Assembly: GCA_951406725.2 (NCBI GenBank)
Contig: OX597835.1
Location: 48,236,001 to 48,300,000 of the forward strand
Length of the DNA stretch: 64,000 bases
Origin: Octopus vulgaris
Taxonomy: Eukaryota
Direction of reading: 5' to 3'
Every line of letters begins with the position of its first letter. The stretch's first letter is position 1. The notes beneath the pieces were generated by a model. That model was not told the DNA's origin, did not search any database, and saw only the letters and a program-made list of their open reading frames with translations. Of this stretch, positions 56,247 to 64,000 are shown one piece after another. The position numbers and the translations under genes were made by a program.

Positions 56247-57011
56247 TAATACTAGTAATAATGATGTTGATAGTCATGTTGGGGAGAATGTAATTATGTT
56301 GTTGTTATTGCTACTCTTGTTTAGTCTCAAGACATTCCTGAATGTGTAGACTTGTAACTTGCGGATTTATAAGTCGACGTTTCTCTGCAACACACAGCCA
56401 TATCTCTCGACTTATAAAATGTCTTCTGTTCGTGTACAATCATATCTTTTTTGCTTTTAAACACTGCAAAGTCCATAAGAGATACTTTCTCAGGACGAAT
56501 ACCGTAGTTAATTAAGTTGTCAAGCATGTACCTGTTTTAAGTGTGACATCTAGACTGCCACTTCAAACTACTTTCTCTCAATATATATAGACAGAAAGAG
56601 AGAGAGATAGAGGGAGAGACAAACGCACAGAGAGGCAGCGACAGAGAGATATACATGTGTGTGTGTGTATGTGTGTGTATAAATCGACAAAAAAGTGTAC
56701 AGTAAAGTGTCCTTCTTACAGTTAATGAGACAGTATATACTTTATATCCTCTAAGTCAGTAAAAACCGGTTGCAACTGATAAGGAACGCAGGACCAGGCG
56801 ATATTCATACGTAGAGAGGACGTGGTAGAAGATGGAAACTGGAAGGAAAGCAGGATAGAGTGAGGAGGAGAAGCAGGCAAAGTCGAGAGGGAGTTAAAGT
56901 AGAAGATGAAAGAGGAAAAAAGGAAGGATAAGAAAGGACTTAGTGAATTAAGAACCAAAGACATTTATTAAAATCTCTTGGCGACACGGTTCCAAGTTTG
57001 AATAGGAAACG

Positions 57012-57508
57012 TTGTTCCCTCCGTTTCTATCGCGGGTGTCACGTTCCAACCACCCGTCCCGCGATAAGTGAAAATCCACGAAGTAGAAACAGTATTGTAC
57101 TGAATATTTTTTAAAAAATTTTTATAATTTGTATATATTAATTTTATAATAAATGCAAAACAACACCCCACACTCGCCTCCCGAGTTTCGTTTCCCATAC
57201 AGCATGCGCGATCCTTTGTTTACTCATCTACGGTACACCAAGTGTTTGCTTTTAATATATTTGAATTAATGTGTTATACAGTGCAGAACCGTACTGTATT
57301 TTTATTTATTAATTCATTAATTTTTAGTCGTAAAATGCATATTTTACCATATAAGTAATTAAAATGTAAAAAATATAAATAATTACCGGCCGCAGGAACG
57401 CGCGCTCTACTGAGGAGACTGTGATATGAATTCACATATATTAGCCAGAAAAATCCGCGATGTACTGAGGGCGCGATAGGTGAAGCGCGATATGGCGAAT
57501 GCTTACTG
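57012..57508. mobile_element. Tigger/pogo-like non-autonomous DNA transposon
   Basis: Left TCCCTCCGTTTCTATCGCGGGTGTCACGTTCC; right GCGCGATATGGCGAATGCTTACTG-TA; repeated subterminal CGCGAT motifs. Confidence 0.6.
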
Positions 57509-57684
57509 TATATGCTGTTAATTGTCACGGAACACTGAAAACTGAGAAATGAAATGGTGCGTAGTGTTGAAGTGGAAGACGACAAGCTGCCGTTGAACAC
57601 GTAGTATTATAACTGGAATGTGCTCCCGAAGCGATCGGCACGGCGTGGCTTGTTATTCCCCAATATAAAGAAAGATGTAAAGAT

Positions 57685-58583
57685 TGAATACGGTGCAATA
57701 TCTAATATCGGACGATGTACAACACAAGTTCTGTATAATGCGATATTGTCCTCCAGTGATGGTTGCAGCGTCATTAAAGTAGGGGCTAGCTGTTGCTTCA
57801 CCAGTTAGCGCGTTTAGCAACACCTCGTTGTTTGCAGCGCCTTGCTAGAAGCTGTCAGGGCATCCTTTTATGAAGGTGAGAAGTGGTGCAGAAAAGCCAG
57901 GAGCAGTTGCAATGTCAGAAAGTGAAATTCGGAATTTTCGAACTTGTTTATCTTTCAATTAAACGACGGGTTGATGAAAGATGGGTGGGGGAAGAGAAGG
58001 ACAGAGAGAGAAAGTGGAGAGAGAGTGAAAGAGAAGGAGAGAGAGAGAGAGAGAGAGGTGAATACGGTCCATCCTGAAAGTGTATTCTGTCCGTAACGTT
58101 ACGGACATCACACAACAAATTCAATGTGTTCCTTTTTGTTGATTTTACAGATAGGAGTTTGCTGATGCAGACAAACAACAGCGTCACTGGTGTTTGATTG
58201 TATACATACGTGCGTACGGGCGTATTTACGATAAATATATCATATCGTATATATATATATATATACCTACACATTCCAACCCCTATAAATCCCATCCCGC
58301 CCCTACCCCATCCTACACATATACTCAACCCAATTGTTTTCGTATACATTCGATGCTTTCTTCCAAGGAATCTAATGCTCTTAGCTTAGTTTTTCCTTTG
58401 GGCTGGCCAGATCGGAGCAATCTTACGATTAATAAGCCGAAATTGCGAGGATGACCCGATTCTTGACTGAGGTTAGAAAGCTTCGAATGACCCGTCCTTT
58501 TTTGTATCGTCTATCTGGATGTTTTGTTGTCCCTTTTTGTATCACCTGGTTGTCCGGATGTTTTGCGTTCTTGTCCCATTTTG

Positions 58584-58627
<44 letters not shown>

Positions 58628-58785
58628 TTATATTTTACGTCATGTGTAACTAAACATGAATTTGTTTTTGAAGCGCTGAAATATATTGTAGCAAAATTAG
58701 AAAGATATAGCTTTCAACGCTTAAAAACTGATAGAACAGCATATATAGGATGAAATCCTTACAGAGTAGAAAAATCAACATATAC

Positions 58786-58863
<78 letters not shown>

Positions 58864-58984
58864 ACACGGCGCAATATCTAATATTGGATGATCTGCGTCA
58901 CAAGTTCTGTATAATGCGATATTGTCCCCCAGTCATGGTTGCAGCGTCATTAAAGTAGGGGCTAGCTGTTGCTTCACCAGTTAG
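57685..58984. repeat. ~125 bp direct repeat (57685-57808 and 58861-58984)
   Basis: CACAAGTTCTGTATAATGCGATATTGTCC.CCAGT.ATGGTTGCAGCGTCATTAAAGTAGGGGCTAGCTGTTGCTTCACCAGTTAG present twice. Confidence 0.9.
58325..58590 (+). mobile_element. PLE-like terminal repeat carrying a third permuted hammerhead-like motif
   Basis: GCAAT-C-TTACGA-ttaata-AGCC-GAAA-TTGC...TCTTGA-CTGA-GGTT at 58417-58474; T-rich tail running into (TA)n. Confidence 0.5.
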
Positions 58985-59076
58985 ATATAGATATAGATAT
59001 AGCTATATAGATATATAGATAGATAGGTAGATAGACAGACAGAGAGAAAGACAGACAGACAGACAGACAGACGGAA

Positions 59077-59114
<38 letters not shown>

Positions 59115-59134
59115 ATAGATAAATAGATTGATAG

Positions 59135-59325
59135 ATGAAATTTACAGAAAAACAAAAAACGAAGATAGGTGTATTAACAACAACCATTTGTATTAATTTG
59201 ACGCTGGAGATAGTGCGAAAGTCTTTTATGTTTCGAGCCTATGCACTTCAACAGAATGGAATATGAGGAAATAAACAGAGAGAGAATAAAAAAACTTGTG
59301 GATTTAGTGATCAATCATGGCGACT
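59135..59325 (-). mobile_element. PLE-type terminal repeat H1, degenerate hammerhead
   Basis: Minus strand CTGTTGA-A-GTGC-atag-GCTC-GAAAC-ATA; flanks align to 22651-22843. Confidence 0.65.
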
Positions 59326-59713
59326 GGTTGGGAAATATATATATTTGAGTATAAGGTGTTTAAATATTTGTCATATTGCTTAATTTATATCACAATATTT
59401 AATGGAGATCATATTACAATATCCTAATTCAATATATTGCACTATACACAAGCAGAATGGAAATGTGAAATATAAATATACAAATTAATATCAAAACAAT
59501 AAGTCTCAGAGATTGTAGGACAGCCAGGTTATTCATGTGGCATGAATATTATCTTTTATTATATCTGTGTATTTTTCGTTGTCTTGTCTGTTTCTTTTTG
59601 TATATGAGGATTTTCATGGATCTTCTAGACCCCCCCCCCTTAATTTGCCACTTCTGTGTACGAAGACCAAGAAGAAATCTTGCGAAACCGTTTGTTTTAA
59701 AGAGATACCTATT

Positions 59714-59825
59714 GAAACCAGCTGAAGAGATACATCTACACCGAGGGATACACTTAAACCAGATGTTCAGGATTCCATCAACGAGGAACCGATGCTAGAT
59801 GGGTCGAAACAATTGTATTTTTTTC
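59714..59825 (+). ncRNA. Type I hammerhead ribozyme motif with large loop II
   Basis: CTGAAGA (59722-28); helix II GATACATCTA/TAGATGGGTC (9 of 10 pairs); GAAAC-AATT-GTA (59806-17). Helix I is weak. Confidence 0.6.
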
Positions 59826-60944
59826 ACTAACCCGATTTCAACGCTTGTATATTTGATTTGGAGTTTTTGGTAGTATCTGAGCACCACCGTATTTCAAGCA
59901 GATTGGAGGCTGGTCCCTTGCTCCCTTAATATAATTATATGCATATGTATATAATTATTAATTTAATGTATAAATTACCTATAAACTTCATATCATGCTG
60001 ACTACCTGACAAAAATCATTAACAGGATTTTATCCTTATATTCTATTACGTATATATATATATACATATATATAAAGAAATTATATTATTATTATTGTTA
60101 TTATTATTATTATTATTATATATATATATATTCTGCCTAGCATGGATATGCGCTTTAAAATGCTATCAAACTGTATTATCCATCTTGAGAAATCATATTG
60201 TATTAGCATATTGTACGACAAAGCACCCAAAATCACCATCGGACAAATAGGTTCAGCACTGGACGTGAAAGTGCTGCATCAACTAATTTCAACGTGTTTG
60301 CTCTTCGTCGGGAGCAGGTATCATCTATCACGGCATGCTAATCATATCTTGCCAGTGCTAATATATAGAAAAGTAATGAGCCATCAGTCACCAGCGTCTC
60401 AAATAATTGGCAGGGAAACAATATTAGAACCGAATATCACAAAGCTGTAATTGGTAAGATGTCATAATCTGTGTTCACAAACGTTGCGAAAGATTCTATT
60501 TTCCATTTTGCTTTACTCCTCACACTTGTGTGTATACAAATAAATACATACGTACACACACACGCACGCGCACACACACACACACATATATATATACATA
60601 CATATACACACACACACAACACACACATAAATATCTGTGTCTATAAATGCATATAAATAAGCTTAGATATGTGCGTATAGACATATACCCACCTACTTAT
60701 CTCTGTCTATCAGTCTTTGTATCTAATCAGCTGTCTATCAAAATACCTAAGCCTCGTCTGCTGTATCTATCTCGTTATATGCGTGCGACGATTTACTTTA
60801 TACATTTATAAATATACATGCATTAGGATGTATTTTGTATGTATGCATATAGATATATCTATAAACGTGTAAATGTATGCACATCTTCCGTATGCATACC
60901 TTCATATCTTTATGCCTACAAATATCACAATTTAGAAACACGCT

Positions 60945-60982
<38 letters not shown>

Positions 60983-60997
60983 CTATACATACATACA

Positions 60998-61037
<40 letters not shown>

Positions 61038-61051
61038 CTTACATACATACA

Positions 61052-61088
<37 letters not shown>

Positions 61089-61101
61089 TTACATACATAC
61101 A

Positions 61102-61140
<39 letters not shown>

Positions 61141-61362
61141 GTATGTGTGTATATATATATATATGATATATATGTATATATATGTGTGTACATATATGAT
61201 ATACATGGATGTAGGTATAGGATATATTTGTATGTATGTCTATATATATACCTAATAAATATGTATATATATATGTGTGTGTTTGTGTGTATACCAGCAC
61301 AATTTTGCTTTCGTATATATCTACCATTCTGTGTATACACACACACGCGCGCGCCCAGACAT

Positions 61363-61437
<75 letters not shown>

Positions 61438-62094
61438 TGTGTATGATTATCCACATCCATGTGCTGACGTTTCCTTTCGCTCGCCGTTCGTTTCTCATAA
61501 GCAAATCTTATCAGAATATTTATCCTGGCGGAAACCCTCTAGATGTGATTCAGTGAAGCTAAAAAGTTTATTTACAACATCTCCACTTTATCTTAAAAAG
61601 GGTTGGGGGTGAATAGCTTCTAATCGTGAAATCGATAGCTCGATGTGTATATTCGCTCTATCACGCAATGTATCTATCTATAATGATGTGTGTGAGCGTA
61701 TCTCTGTGTAAAGAACTATGAGTGTATTTATTGTGTATTGGTATGTATGTGTCTCTCTGCTTTTTAGTACGCCTTTTTGGTTTACAACACGGTACTTGTG
61801 CTGGTGGAGGGAGTGCTATCAATATTTCATGTACGGTGTTTAGTTAATGTTGGGGATGATCGCGGCGGTGATACTCGTGCTGTTATTTATTGGGATTATG
61901 TGATGAGAATTCAATTTTCTCATAATTGGAGGCAATTTTATGGCACATCAATGCCATCAGAATAGGCTAAATTCTAGAAACAAAACACACAAATTTTGTA
62001 TAACTGTTTGTTCCGTTTGATTTTGGAGTTTTCGTTGTTTTTTGGTTTGGTTTTTCGGGTCAACCTATACACAGATACACATACATATACACTT

Positions 62095-62131
<37 letters not shown>

Positions 62132-62146
62132 CAAATGTGTATGTGT

Positions 62147-62195
<49 letters not shown>

Positions 62196-62196
62196 C

Positions 62197-62233
<37 letters not shown>

Positions 62234-62417
62234 AGCCTGTACATCTATTCATCTATCTTTCTGTATATACATGTAAAATTTATTTGTATTTATATGTATG
62301 TGTGTGCCTGTGAGAAGAAAAATATATACAGACAGAGAGAGAGAGAGAGAGAGAGTCGTACTTATATACATACATACAAATATGCATGCATGTGTACATA
62401 CATATATACATACATAC

Positions 62418-62448
<31 letters not shown>

Positions 62449-62739
62449 CATACATACATACATACATACATACATACATACATACACATTCACACATACA
62501 TGCACACATACATGTATATGATGGGGCCGCAAACTCGTGTTCGAGTATTACCATCGCCTAATCGAAAGTTTCACACGTCTTTGTGATGAGTCTTACTTTT
62601 TATTTTCGAGAGATGCCTCTGCATGGTGAGTTTTTTTTAATTGTGGGGAAGGATTTACACAAATCTAATCCCAATCTTTGAATATGGACAACATAAATTC
62701 AAAAAGAAGAACTTGTCTACATCATCATATATAGTCAGT

Positions 62740-62865
62740 GTCTCAGGTTTTCTCTCGGAGTTTCCCTCTCCTAGAGAAATATTATGAGAAGAGGGGGGGC
62801 CTCCCACACCCAGAGGGCCAACCGCGTGCCTGGACACAAATCCAGGTATTTCCACGTCTCCAGAC
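62740..62865 (-). mobile_element. Possible RTE-clade LINE 5' UTR fragment
   Basis: GC-rich; minus strand TCTAGGAGAGGGAAACTCCGA..AAAACC resembles RTE 5' UTR motifs (recalled, not verified). Confidence 0.3.
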
Positions 62866-62994
62866 ATACATGCATGCATACACATGTACATATATTGCTG
62901 TTTGGCCATTCGCTGTTCATGAGCTCTTCCACCCTTTGATAGTTCTTATTTTTCGTGCTACAGGATATATACATCATATATCTAAACAAAAAAA

Positions 62995-63526
<532 letters not shown>

Positions 63527-63562
63527 ATACATATATATCATATAGATAGATGAATGGATAGG

Positions 63563-63621
<59 letters not shown>

Positions 63622-63622
<1 letters not shown>

Positions 63623-63770
63623 TCAGGTCACTCTTGGGTGCTACTGGTAACATGTATCCCAGTACAACGTGTTCCATGGTCGGATCGTCACCGTCTAAAC
63701 TGGCAACCCCATCAAGCTTGCTTGGTGAGGAGGGTGATTGCTGGACACCTTGCAGGACGAAAAATAGGAC
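63622..63770 (+). ncRNA. Retroelement 5' UTR-like segment with a degenerate HDV-like ribozyme fold
   Basis: P2 CCAGT(63659-63)/ACTGG(63699-703) directly after CTAA; P4 CGG/CCG. P1 and P1.1 not satisfied. Confidence 0.3.
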
Positions 63771-63774
63771 ATAC

Positions 63775-64000
63775 ATGGCGCTTGTCATCGAGAAACTGGT
63801 CGACAAGGCGCAGACGTGCACTGTGCCGGGCCGGAGCATCCATGACAACTTCCACCTGATGCGCTACATCATAGACAGGGTAGTTAAGGAACCTGGCATG
63901 GGTGGGGCGCTGATCAATTTGGATCAATCGAAAGCTTTCGATAGGATAGACCATCGATACTTGGAGGCTGTTCTCAGAGCGGCTGGCTTCGGTCCCGTCT
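63775..64000 (+). mobile_element. L1/Tx1-clade LINE reverse transcriptase fragment (continues beyond window)
   Basis: Open frame absent from the ORF track: ALVIEKLVDKAQTCTVPGRSIHDNFHLMRYIIDRVVKEPGMGGALINLDQSKAFDRIDHRYLEAVLRAAGFGPV, with Q..PGRSI.DN and LD..KAFD.V.H motifs. Confidence 0.93.

Noticed and set aside
63704-63737. Twister-like CAAGC...GGAGGGT
   Set aside because: The upstream UAA/pseudoknot partner and GCCGGUCC-like segment are absent.

Overview
AT-rich, microsatellite-saturated eukaryotic non-coding DNA. The dense (TA)n/(TATG)n/(TAGA)n/(AAT)n tracts and the SINE families look like an octopus (coleoid cephalopod) genome; this is an inference from repeat content. No host protein-coding gene could be called confidently, and almost all ORFs in the track are microsatellite artefacts. 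Recognisable content: four pieces of an L1/Tx1-clade LINE (one young 3' fragment with a single premature stop, one RT fragment running off the window end), many copies of three tRNA-derived SINE families, an internally deleted DD37D (maT) Tc1/mariner element, Tigger-like and hAT-like MITEs, a three-unit array of a ~0.55 kb (AAT)n-associated element, and many Penelope-like element (PLE) remnants carrying hammerhead ribozyme motifs. The most unusual observation is a hammerhead-like motif, seen in three repeat copies, whose core and helix strands occur in an order matching none of hammerhead types I, II or III, with conserved spacing and compensatory changes. All RNA folds were done by eye and need computational and biochemical confirmation.
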